This document shows, in pieces, positions 18,791 through 28,000 of a stretch of DNA of 64,000 nt. The number at the start of each line of letters is the position of its first letter. Within the stretch, counting starts at the first letter, position 1. Source of the stretch: an uncultured Acidobacteriota bacterium. Its GTDB lineage: Bacteria; Acidobacteriota; Thermoanaerobaculia; Multivoradales; UBA5704. The notes beneath the pieces were generated by a model. The model had not been told where the DNA came from. It saw nothing but the letters and a program-made list of their open reading frames with translations, and ran no database searches. The translations under genes and the position numbers were made by a program. Location: the NCBI GenBank assembly GCA_963700145.1, contig OY969474.1, positions 2,784,001 through 2,848,000 on the forward strand. The letters run 5' to 3'.

Positions 18791-19591
18791 CTAGCCGGCG
18801 GGCGCGAAGAGGTCTAGCGGCACGCCGGTGCCGGAGCCGAAGTACTCGCGCGAGTTGGCGCCGGCGCAGGCGAAGCCGTTGATCAGGATGCGGCGCGGGG
18901 CGCCGCCGCGGTTCTCGGCGCTGCGGTGCACGACGTAGGGGCCGAAGAAGGCGGCGCTCCCGGCCTTGAGCAGCGCCGGCACGCCCTCGCGGTCCTGGTA
19001 GTCGCGGCGCACGTCGCCCGGGTCGAGGTGCCCGCGCCGGCCGCTGCCGGGGTAGAAGACCAGCGGCCCGTTGTCGAGCGTCGAGTCGTCGATCGCCACG
19101 ACCGCCTGCACGTAGCTGCCGCGGCCGTCGACGTCGCGCCACTCGGCCGTGCCGTAGCGGCGGTGCTCGCTGTCCTGGTGGGGCTCGAACTCGAGGCCGT
19201 CGTTCGGGTACTTGGCGTGGAGCTGGTTGAGCAGGTGGACGGCGCGGCCGGCGCCGAAGAGCTGGCCGACGACCGCGGTGAGCCGCGGGTCGCGCCCGCG
19301 GGCCAGGAGCTCGGGCTCGCAGCCCCCGGCCCACACGACCCGCAGCAGGCGCCGCGAGCCGTTTCCTCCGCTGAACACGAACTGGCTGCCGGCGTGCTCG
19401 ACCTTCTGTTCGCCGCCCTCGCCGCTTTCCTCCGCGCTCTCCTCGGCGAGCCCCCGCCCCACCGCCCGCACCCGCTCCGCCGCCTCCGCCATCGCCGCGA
19501 CCTCGTCGCGCGCGAACAGGCCTTCCAGGACGAGGTAGCCGTCGTCGTAAAACCGACCGATGTCGGCCCGGGAGAGCTGCGGGTACGTCAA
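18791..19591 (-). CDS. Phytanoyl-CoA dioxygenase (PhyH) family Fe/2OG dioxygenase
   Basis: Motifs PHQD, DNGPLVFYPGS, VVHRSAEN, RR. Confidence 0.92.
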   Translation of the reverse strand: MTYPQLSRADIGRFYDDGYLVLEGLFARDEVAAMAEAAERVRAVGRGLAEESAEESGEGGEQKVEHAGSQFVFSGGNGSRRLLRVVWAGGCEPELLARGRDPRLTAVVGQLFGAGRAVHLLNQLHAKYPNDGLEFEPHQDSEHRRYGTAEWRDVDGRGSYVQAVVAIDDSTLDNGPLVFYPGSGRRGHLDPGDVRRDYQDREGVPALLKAGSAAFFGPYVVHRSAENRGGAPRRILINGFACAGANSREYFGSGTGVPLDLFAPAG

Positions 19592-19653
19592 GCTGCGGAA
19601 TTCCTGGCGGCGAAGGATAGCAGATTCCGTATGCGGTACTGTAAGGAACGCCG

Positions 19654-20211
19654 ATGGACGACGCCCCGGAGACGCCCGCGCCGGCCCCGTCGGGGGCCCC
19701 TCTCGGCCGCCAGGCGCGGCTGGCCGTCATGGCGCTCGCCGTCTGCGCGCTCGGCGCCCTGTTCTGGCCGCGGGGGAGCGGGGACACGGCGCCGGCCGGG
19801 CTCCTCCTCGACGCCTCCGGGCGGTCGGCGACCCTGGGGGCGCACATGGCGCCGGTGTCGCTCGTCCACTTCTGGGCCACCTGGTGCCCGCCCTGCCTGA
19901 CCGAGATCCCGGCGATCCAGCGGCTCGCGGCTGAGCTCAGCCGCGAGCCGAGCTTCGGGCTGGTGCTGGTGGCGGTGGCCGACGACCGCGGCAAGGTGCG
20001 CAGCCTCATGGGCGAGGCGAGCAACGTCGTCCTCCACGACACCAACTGGGAGGTGGCCCGCCGCTACGGCACCAAGCAGCTCCCGGAGACCTATCTCGTG
20101 GTGGAAGGCAAAGTCGTCGAGAAGTGGGTCGGCGCCACCGACTGGGACGCCCCCGCCCAGCGCGCCAAGGTCCGCGCCCACCTCGCTGGCGCGGCGAAGC
20201 CGGCGGCCTAG
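19654..20211 (+). CDS. TlpA/ResA-like thiol-disulfide oxidoreductase
   Basis: FWATWCPPC and LPETY motifs; N-terminal TM. Confidence 0.92.
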   Translation: MDDAPETPAPAPSGAPLGRQARLAVMALAVCALGALFWPRGSGDTAPAGLLLDASGRSATLGAHMAPVSLVHFWATWCPPCLTEIPAIQRLAAELSREPSFGLVLVAVADDRGKVRSLMGEASNVVLHDTNWEVARRYGTKQLPETYLVVEGKVVEKWVGATDWDAPAQRAKVRAHLAGAAKPAA

Positions 20212-20837
20212 GTTCCGCCCTCCCCGCCCCGCTCCGCTTCCTCTTCGTAGTCCGCAATCGACGCCTCGATGACGCGGTAGGCGTGGTCGCGGCCGTAGGT
20301 GCGGTCGACAGCGACCGCCGGCGTCGCGCCGGGGACGAGCTTGTAGGTCGAAAAGTAGTGGACCAGCCGGTCGAGGAACGGGCGCGGCACGTCGGCCAGG
20401 TCGGCCGTGGCCGCCCACACCGGGTCGTTCTCGAGCACCGCGACGATCTTGTCGTCGGCCTCGCCGCGCTCGACCATCTGCAGGCCGCCGATGACCCGCG
20501 CCGCGAGCAGCACCTCGGCGCGGGCGATCGGCCGCTCGGAGAGGACGCAGACGTCGAGCGGGTCGCCGTCGCCGCGCGCGGTGCCGGGGGAGAGCGCGCC
20601 GACCCGCGCGCCGCAGTAGGTGCGTGGCACGAAGCCGTAGAGGGTCGGCGGCAGCGACGAGGTCGCCTGCGGCCGGTCCACCTTGAGGTAGCCGGTCACC
20701 TTGTCCACCTCGTACTTGACGAGGTCGAAGGGCGTGATCTCGACGTAGGCGTAGACGACCCGCGGCGGGTCGGGCCCGGGCTCGAGGCCGTGCCAGGGGT
20801 GCGGCCGCAGGGAATGGAAGGGGCGCGGGAAGCTCAT
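20208..20837 (-). CDS. ppa: Family I inorganic pyrophosphatase
   Basis: Motifs HPWH, KYEVD, YGFVPRT, DGDPLD, DDKI. Confidence 0.95.
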   Translation of the reverse strand: MSFPRPFHSLRPHPWHGLEPGPDPPRVVYAYVEITPFDLVKYEVDKVTGYLKVDRPQATSSLPPTLYGFVPRTYCGARVGALSPGTARGDGDPLDVCVLSERPIARAEVLLAARVIGGLQMVERGEADDKIVAVLENDPVWAATADLADVPRPFLDRLVHYFSTYKLVPGATPAVAVDRTYGRDHAYRVIEASIADYEEEAERGGEGGT

Positions 20838-20885
20838 GGTCCGACGATCTTACGGCCCGCCGCCCCGCTAGAATGCCGGGCGGCC

Positions 20886-21386
20886 ATGGAAGAGCTGCCG
20901 CAGCTCGCGCTCAAGGTCGGCCTCTCGGCGCTCCTCGCAGGCGCGATCGGCGCCGAACGGGAGTGGGTGGGGAAGTGGGCGGGGCTGCGCACCCACATGC
21001 TGATCGCCGTGGGGTCGACCTTGCTGACCCACGTCTCGGTGCAGATCGGGCTGCTCTACGCCCATGGGAGCAACGCCTGGGACCCCGGGCGGATCGCGGC
21101 GCAGATCGTCTCGGGCATCGGCTTTCTCGGCGCCGGCACGATCATCCAGTCGCGCGGCGCCGTCCACGGCCTGACCACCGCCGCCGGCCTCTGGGTGGTC
21201 TCGGCGCTCGGCATCACCGTCGGCGCCGGCCTCTACGGCGAGGCGGTCCTCACCACCGTCGTCCTGCTGGTCATCCTGGTCGGCATGGTGCCGATCGAGA
21301 AGCACTTCTTGAACCCCGACCAGCGGCGGGTGAAGCGGCGCGCACCGCCACCGGCTGTGACGCCCGAGGAGGAAGAGCCGCTTTAG
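20886..21386 (+). CDS. MgtC/SapB family membrane protein
   Basis: [34 protein letters not shown]; ATG at 20886. Confidence 0.93.
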   Translation: MEELPQLALKVGLSALLAGAIGAEREWVGKWAGLRTHMLIAVGSTLLTHVSVQIGLLYAHGSNAWDPGRIAAQIVSGIGFLGAGTIIQSRGAVHGLTTAAGLWVVSALGITVGAGLYGEAVLTTVVLLVILVGMVPIEKHFLNPDQRRVKRRAPPPAVTPEEEEPL

Positions 21387-21982
21387 AAGTGAACGGCGAT
21401 GCCGGCGTGGCCCATCGCGAAGACGTTGGCGTCCTCGAAGTCCACGTAGTGCCCCGAGAGCTCGACCAGGATCCCCACCCGCCGGTGGAGCGGGAACTCG
21501 CCGGTGACGCCGAGCACCAAACCGGGCGCCGTGTCGGTCTCCTCGACGAAGCGGAAGAAATCCCCTTCGACCGTGAACCGGGCCTGCTGCCCTTCCAGCC
21601 GGTAGCCCCCGAGCGCGAGATAGATCCCCGAGGTGTAATAGGTCTCGCGCCAGCGGTACTCGCCGCCGATCGTGGCGTAGGTCAGCTCCGCGTCGTCGTC
21701 GAGCGAGCCGAACCCCTCGTCGGTGTCGAGGCCGAGCTTGCCGAGCCGGAGGATCAGGTGCGTGCGCTCCTCCGTGACGAGGCCGAGATTGAGCTGCCCG
21801 CCGAAGTTGTCGAGAGCGTCGCCGCGGTCCACGTCGAGCGAGCCGCCGGCGCCGCCCAGCGCGCCGACGGTGAAGGTGTAGAGCTCCTGCACCTGCGCGT
21901 GGAGCGCGCCGGGGGCGAGGAGCAGGAGGAGGGCGGCGAGCGGCAGCAGCGTGCGGGTTCGGGTGCTCGATTGCAGAGTCAC
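21383..21982 (-). CDS. Outer-membrane beta-barrel protein
   Basis: Signal peptide, alternating beta pattern, C-terminal Phe (GIAVHF). Confidence 0.75.
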   Translation of the reverse strand: MTLQSSTRTRTLLPLAALLLLLAPGALHAQVQELYTFTVGALGGAGGSLDVDRGDALDNFGGQLNLGLVTEERTHLILRLGKLGLDTDEGFGSLDDDAELTYATIGGEYRWRETYYTSGIYLALGGYRLEGQQARFTVEGDFFRFVEETDTAPGLVLGVTGEFPLHRRVGILVELSGHYVDFEDANVFAMGHAGIAVHF

Positions 21983-22096
21983 AAGGCCCTCCTTGGCGGC
22001 GCTGGCGGAGTCTAGCAGCGGGGTGCCCGCGCTCTCCGCCCCGTTTTCCGTCTATCCCTGCGGGCTGCCGGGCACGCCTCCGGCCGGCCCACGGGG

Positions 22097-22861
22097 ATGA
22101 CCGCCTCTTCTTACGAACCCGCAGCGCCGAACGTCGCGCCGCTCCTCCATCTCCTGCTGCCGGCCTGCTGCGCCGGGTGCGGGGCGCCGTTGCCGCGGCG
22201 GGCGCCGCTCGGCCTCTGCGCGCCCTGCCGCGGGCGCCTCGTGCCCCTCCCCGCACCACGCTGCGCCGCCTGCGCCCGGCGGCTCGACGCCGCCGCCCTC
22301 CCCGCCGGCTTCCTCTGCGGCCGCTGCCGCGCCCGCCCGCCGGCCTACGACCGCCTCCTCGCGGCCTGGAGCTACGAGCCGCCGCTCGACGCCGTCGTGC
22401 GCGGCCTCAAGTTCGGGCGCCTCGATTACCTGGGCGACCACCTCGCCGCGGCTCTCGCCGCCGCGCTCGGCCCCGAGCTCGCCGCCGCGCTGCCGGCCGA
22501 CGCGCTCGTCACTCCCGTCCCCCTCCACTGGCGCCGCCGCCTCGCCCGCGGCTACAACCAGGCCGAGCGCATCGCCCGCCCCCTCGCCGCCCGCCTCGGC
22601 CTCCCCTACCGCCCCCTCCTCCGCCGCCGCCGCGCCACCCCGCCGCAGACCGCTCTCCCGCGCGCCGATCGCCTCGCCAACCTCCGCCGCGCCTTCGTCC
22701 CGCGCCGCACGGCGCGGGCGGCGCTGCGCGGCCGCGCGGTTGTGCTGGTCGACGACGTCGCCACCACCGGCGCCACCCTGAACGCCGCCGCCGCGGCCCT
22801 CAAACAGGCCGGGGCAGCAATCGTCCTTGCCGTCGTCGCGGCCCGGACACCGGAGGAGTGA
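22097..22861 (+). CDS. comF: ComF family protein (double zinc ribbon plus PRTase)
   Basis: Four CxxC motifs, PVPLH, RGYNQ, LVDDVATTGAT. Confidence 0.93.
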   Translation: MTASSYEPAAPNVAPLLHLLLPACCAGCGAPLPRRAPLGLCAPCRGRLVPLPAPRCAACARRLDAAALPAGFLCGRCRARPPAYDRLLAAWSYEPPLDAVVRGLKFGRLDYLGDHLAAALAAALGPELAAALPADALVTPVPLHWRRRLARGYNQAERIARPLAARLGLPYRPLLRRRRATPPQTALPRADRLANLRRAFVPRRTARAALRGRAVVLVDDVATTGATLNAAAAALKQAGAAIVLAVVAARTPEE

Positions 22862-22882
22862 TAGGGCTCTCTGTGGCCGGCC

Positions 22883-23773
22883 TCACTTCACGGTCGCGAG
22901 GAACTCGTCCAGGATCCGGTTGACCTCTTCGGGCTTGTCGAGCTGCGGCCAGTGGCTCGTGCCGGTCACGACCTGGCGCGGGATCTCGGGCGCGAGGTTG
23001 TGCAGCGCGCCCGGCGACTCGCCGTGTGAGGTGTCGACCAGCAGCTTGGGCCCCGGGTACGCCTTCAACGCGGGCGTCGGGTCGTAGTCGAAGATCGCCT
23101 GGATGATGGCGAGCGACGCCTCGCGCGGCACGCTCTTCCTCTCCTGCTCGATCCGCGCCGCGACCTCCGGCCGGGCGCCGGTCAGGAGGCTCTGCCAGTA
23201 GGTCCCCATCGTCTTGTCGTAATCGGCCTCGAGCGCGCCCATGACCTGCCCGGACTGCTCCGGCGACGACTTGCCCGGCGTGCCGACCAGCACGAGGCCG
23301 GCGACCCGCTCGGGATGCGCGTCCGCGTAGGCCAGCGCGGCCGCGCCGCCCATGCTGTGTCCGACAAGGACGAACCGCCCGAAACCCAAGGCGTCGACCA
23401 CGGCGGCGATGTCCGCGGCCAGCGAATCCACCGCGTAGTCGCCGGCGGCGGGCGCCTCCGATCGGCCGTGCCCGCGGAAGTCGAGCGCCACCGCGCGCCG
23501 CGTCGGCCGCAGGTGCGCGAGCTGGGCCGCCCAGTGCTCACTGCTGCCGGCGTACGAGTGGACGAACACCACCGGCAGCCCGCCGGTGCCGCCGTCGTCG
23601 ACGTGCAGCCGGCCCGCCGGGCCCTTGACCGGACCGGTCATCGGCGCGCTCTCCTCCTCCGATTCCTGCGGCGCCTGCGGAACGTCGCGCGCGCAGCCGA
23701 TCGCAAGGCAGACCGCACTCGCGAGGATCCATGTGGCCGCCGCCAGGCACGTGGTCCTTCTCGCGGTCGCCAT
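22883..23773 (-). CDS. Alpha/beta hydrolase, probable lipoprotein
   Basis: DFRGHG, GHSMGG, SHWPQLD; LAIGC lipobox; G-rich RBS upstream of ATG 23773. Confidence 0.9.
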   Translation of the reverse strand: MATARRTTCLAAATWILASAVCLAIGCARDVPQAPQESEEESAPMTGPVKGPAGRLHVDDGGTGGLPVVFVHSYAGSSEHWAAQLAHLRPTRRAVALDFRGHGRSEAPAAGDYAVDSLAADIAAVVDALGFGRFVLVGHSMGGAAALAYADAHPERVAGLVLVGTPGKSSPEQSGQVMGALEADYDKTMGTYWQSLLTGARPEVAARIEQERKSVPREASLAIIQAIFDYDPTPALKAYPGPKLLVDTSHGESPGALHNLAPEIPRQVVTGTSHWPQLDKPEEVNRILDEFLATVK

Positions 23774-23792
23774 GGTGATGCACCCTCCCCGG

Positions 23793-24059
23793 CTACGGCT
23801 TCCGGTCCTTTCGCGATCTCGGATCGTGCCCGGAGCTGTCCTTGTCGCGGATCGTGCCGTCCTTGCGGTGAAAGACCGCCTCGACCTTGTCGCGTTGCGC
23901 ATGCCGCCGCGCCGCCTTCTCCGCCTCGACCTGCGTGCGGTGGTGCGACAGGGGCGTCGCCGTGCCCTCCCGCTTCACGTCCCACCCGGCCCCGCCCTTC
24001 GCCGGCACCGAGTGAATGTTCCGCTTCCCGCTACCCCGGCTTCCGCTGCTCTTGGCCAT
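23793..24059 (-). CDS. DUF2188 family small protein
   Basis: HSVP...GWDVKREG...TQ.EA...HRKDGTIRDKDSSGHDP. Confidence 0.85.
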   Translation of the reverse strand: MAKSSGSRGSGKRNIHSVPAKGGAGWDVKREGTATPLSHHRTQVEAEKAARRHAQRDKVEAVFHRKDGTIRDKDSSGHDPRSRKDRKP

Positions 24060-24179
24060 GCTGTCTTCCTCCTTTGTATGCTCGAGGGCCGGCTGACGTT
24101 CATCCGCGCCGGCACTCCTTCATGGGCTTGCCGAAAATGTGCCAGCCTTAACCGCAGTGTTTGCAGGAGTGTAGGAGCG

Positions 24180-24940
24180 AACCGAAGTGCCGCTCGTCGC
24201 TGGTGGCGCGCTCGATCAGGAGCAGGCCATGGACGGACGGCTCGCCGCCGGACGCGCTCTCGCCGCCGACGCGCTTGTAGTGCACGGTGAGACCCTACAG
24301 CAGCGCAAACGCCGCTCGCTTGACGAAGTCGTCGCGCTGGTCGCTCCACTGCGCGACCTTGGCCCAAGCATACGGCGTGCGGTCAAAGAGGTTGAAGCAC
24401 AGGGTGTCGCAGATGCTCCACTTGTCGAAGTCGCGGCACCAGCGGTCTATCTGCGCGGGCGCGACGCGCGCCGGCTCGTCGACGAACGAAGTCAAACATC
24501 CGAGGCTGTTACCAGCCGGTGTCCCACGGGGCGGCGGCGAGCTCGTGGCTGCGCCCGAAGCGCTTCGCCACATCTGAGAGTTGGCCATCGACAAGCTGGG
24601 CGAGACCGGCCAGGAGCGGCCGCCCTCGGGGGCGGCGGCGGGAGCGACAGCGGGGGCCGCGGGGCCGGGCGCGCTGCCCTCGACCGACGGCTCCGGGATC
24701 AGCGGCTTGCCCGCGCGCACACCGAAGACCTTGCTCGCAGTGATGCCGAACCGCGCCAGGTTGTCGCGATCCTTCCGAGTGCTCATCCGCTCGAGCGGAC
24801 AGCGCCGCCTGGACCTGCTCCTGGAGCGGCCGCGCTCTCTTGAGTGGCCCTGGTAGGCATGTTTTTGGCGCGCTCCCTGGTGCGCTCTTCGGCGCGGGTT
24901 CCCACGCGGACTTCGTCTTCCTCGTCGTCTTGGCAAGCAT
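24180..24940 (-). pseudogene. DNA alkylation repair (AlkD-like) pseudogene
   Basis: Fragments LARFGI...FGV, RSHELAAAPWDTGW and IDRWCRDFDKWSICDTLCFNLFDRTPYAW...FVKRAAFAL are split by an insertion, frameshifts and in-frame stops. Confidence 0.85.
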
Positions 24941-25087
24941 GCGGATGCTCCGTGGGCGCTACGCCGACGTCGCCAACACTAGGCCACTACACAGGTAAGG
25001 CGCACGCCCGTTGCCGATGAGCCTGATTGTGACAACATACGCTAAACAATAGAGACCCCTAACTAGGAGGCACTCGTCAGTACCTTC

Positions 25088-28000
25088 TTGCTTTTTCTTT
25101 GGCTCTCAGCGGACGCCGTTCTCGGACCGAAACCCCCTGTCGAGTCTTCTTGGGTGCTTGGGAGCGAGGGTCTCCACGCGAGCGAGATGTCCGGAGCCGA
25201 GCCTCGCTCGGTTCCCGATGAGGTAAGCGACCGCGATGACAAAGTCAGGTCACTCCTGGAGGCTGGGAAGTACCGGGACGCAATTGCTTTCGCCCGCGAA
25301 CTCGTCGCGCGGGAGAAAGCCTCCGCCGGCCCCTCTCTGGCTGGGCACCTTCACTGGCTCGGTTCCGCCCTCAACTCGTGCTCTCAGTACCGTGAAGCCC
25401 GACCGCTTCTCGAGCGAGCGGTGGAGATCAAACAGCAGATGCGGCCACGCGATGGCTTGGGCTTGGCCTCCAGCCTGATCGAGCTCGCGCGCGCCTTGGT
25501 CGGACTTGGAGATTTCCCTGCCGCAGCCATCCGCCTCGGCGCTGCCCTTTCCCTCTTGGAGAAGGAGGGAGGCAGCGAAACCAGGATTCTTGCCGATGCA
25601 CTGTCCGTCCGCGCTTCCCTCTTCCTTTCCCAGGCTCGGTACCGAGAGGCAAAGCCACTTCTTGAGCGTGCGCTCGCGATTCGTCGGCGGATCGGTCTGG
25701 AATCCGACGCGGGGCGTAGCCTCGCCCAACTCGCATCCCTTTTCGGCGAGCAGCGCGACCGAACAGGGGCACTGCCGCTGATCGAAGAATCGCTCGCCAT
25801 CCTCGAGCGGACCCTCGGGCCAGGGCATCCGGCGCTCGTCCCCCCGCTGACACTCCTCGCGTGGAGTCGAATCGAGAAGCGCGAGACCGCCCAGGCCCAG
25901 GCTCTCGTCAGCCGCCAGATCCAGATCGCCGAGGATGCCTGCGGCCCAAGCAACTCTCTTTCAGTTTCGGCGCTCCTCCAACGTGCATGGCTCCATCTGC
26001 TAGTCCACGATACCTCCGCGGCCCGCGCCGACGCCGACGAGGCCATTCGGATCCAGGAAGCCTCGATCGGCGCTGCCAGCCCGCGCCTGGCCGCATGGCT
26101 TCGCCTTCAGGGTGACGTTCTGGTGGAGGCGGGTGACATTAACGGGGCAGAGTTAGCGTTACGACGGTCGCTCGAGCTGGCTAGAGTTCCGGGAGGCGAG
26201 GTCCTCACCGCTGCGACCACAACCTCACTGGGCGCTCTGAGCTTGGCTCAGGGCAAACCGGAGGAGGCGAGAGAGCTGTTCGAGCGTTCGCTGGGCATCT
26301 ACGACGCCCAACTCGGGCCTGGCCACCCACTCTCCCTCGTTGACCTGCAGTTACTTATCGGCATCGCACTTTCTCGCGGAGAGGATGGCGGAAAAATTGC
26401 TCCGCTTCTCGAGCGCGCTATCCCCTTGGCGGAAAAGGTCTATGGCCCTGATCATCTCGGTGCCGCACAGATGACGCTGTTACTAGTACCCATCCTCGGC
26501 AGAAGGGGCGAGGTCTGGCTAGCGGAAATACAGGCAATAAAAGCGTTCCAAGTCCTTGAAAGGAAGTTGGGGCCGGCGAGCGCCGATTTGGCCCAACCGC
26601 TCATTGTGCTTGGCCAGGCCGAAACGGCGAAGGGCGACTTCGGAGCGGCCCGCTCCCACTTCGATCGTGCCGTCGCCCTTTTTCGCTCCCGGTTCGGAGA
26701 CTTGCACCCAGCGACCGCCGCCGCGCGCCTTCAGCTGGCGCAGCTGTTCGAGTCCCAGGGGGATCTCGCTGGCGCGGGAGTTCTCTACAAAGCCGCCGCG
26801 ACTGTGCTCGCAACGCACCTTGGGCCCGACCATCCTGCCGCGGTCCAGGCGACCGCTGGATCGGCTTCGGTCGCGCTACGCTCGGGCAAAGTTGAAGAGG
26901 CGGCACAGCTTTATGATCTCGCCATCGCATCGCTCGAGCGGGCACTCGGTGCCGAAGCCGCCAGCCTTGCGCCGCTCCTCGCCACTCGGGCGGCGATTTA
27001 CCAGCTGCAAGGCCAGCTCACACGGGCCGAGGCGACATTCGTTCGGGCCACCGAGAGCGTCGGTCGAGACTCGTCTGAGGTGCTCTTGCGCGCGCAAATC
27101 GATGCCGGCCGAGCGTCGGTGCTCGGCGAGATGGCAAGGCCATCAGAAGCGCGCAGGCTTTTTGAGCAGGCGGTCGATGTCCTCGACGCGGGCGGAGATA
27201 GCTTGGCCCTAGCCTCGGTTCTGCAACAGCAGGGATCATTCCTGTTGGCTCAAGCGTCTTATGGGGACGCCGCGGGAGCCTTCGAGCGCGCCTACCTCAT
27301 TATCCAGAAGCTTGGGGGCGCCGACCATGCCCTCGGTGGTCACAGCTTGGTGGGACGCGGGGTGGTGGAGGAAGCAAGAGGCGACTTTGCGGCCGCGCGG
27401 ACCTCCTATGACGCGGCGTTGTCCCTCTGGCAGACGCATTGGGGGGCCGAGCACCCGTACGTCGCCCAAGCCCTGATGCATCTGGGCCAGCTGGCGATGC
27501 ACTTAGGTGATTTCGAGGCGGCAGAGGAGACGTTTCGGCGATCTTTGGCAATCCAGAAGACGATCGCGGGCGCGCCGCGTCCTGCCGTCGGACAAGCCCT
27601 ACTTGCCCTCGGCAACGTGCGTTCCAAGCGCGGTGACTATCCTGCCGCCCGGGCCTTCATCGAGGAATCACTCACCATAGCCCAGGAGGCCTTTGGTCCG
27701 ACTGACCCCAGACTCGCCGCGCCCTTTAACAGCCTTGGTGTATTGCTCCGCGAACAGGGCCGGTTCAGAGAATCGGCTGCCGCTCTCGACCACGCCCGCC
27801 AACTGCTTGAGGACGCGAGGCAGACCGATTCGCTCCATTACGCAGCCGTGCTCGAGAATCTGGGCGGGTGTTTCCTCAGTATGGGGCGATTCCGCGAGGC
27901 GCGGCCCTTGCTGGAGCGGGCGTTGGCCAAACGGCGCGAGCGAATGGGCCCCGAGCATCCCGACATAGCACGAAGCCTCGGAGCTCTCGCCTCACTCCTC

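Noticed and set aside
24290-24520. Stop-codon recoding in the AlkD-like gene
   Set aside because: The stops are TAG/TAA and come with frameshifts and an insertion, consistent with a pseudogene.
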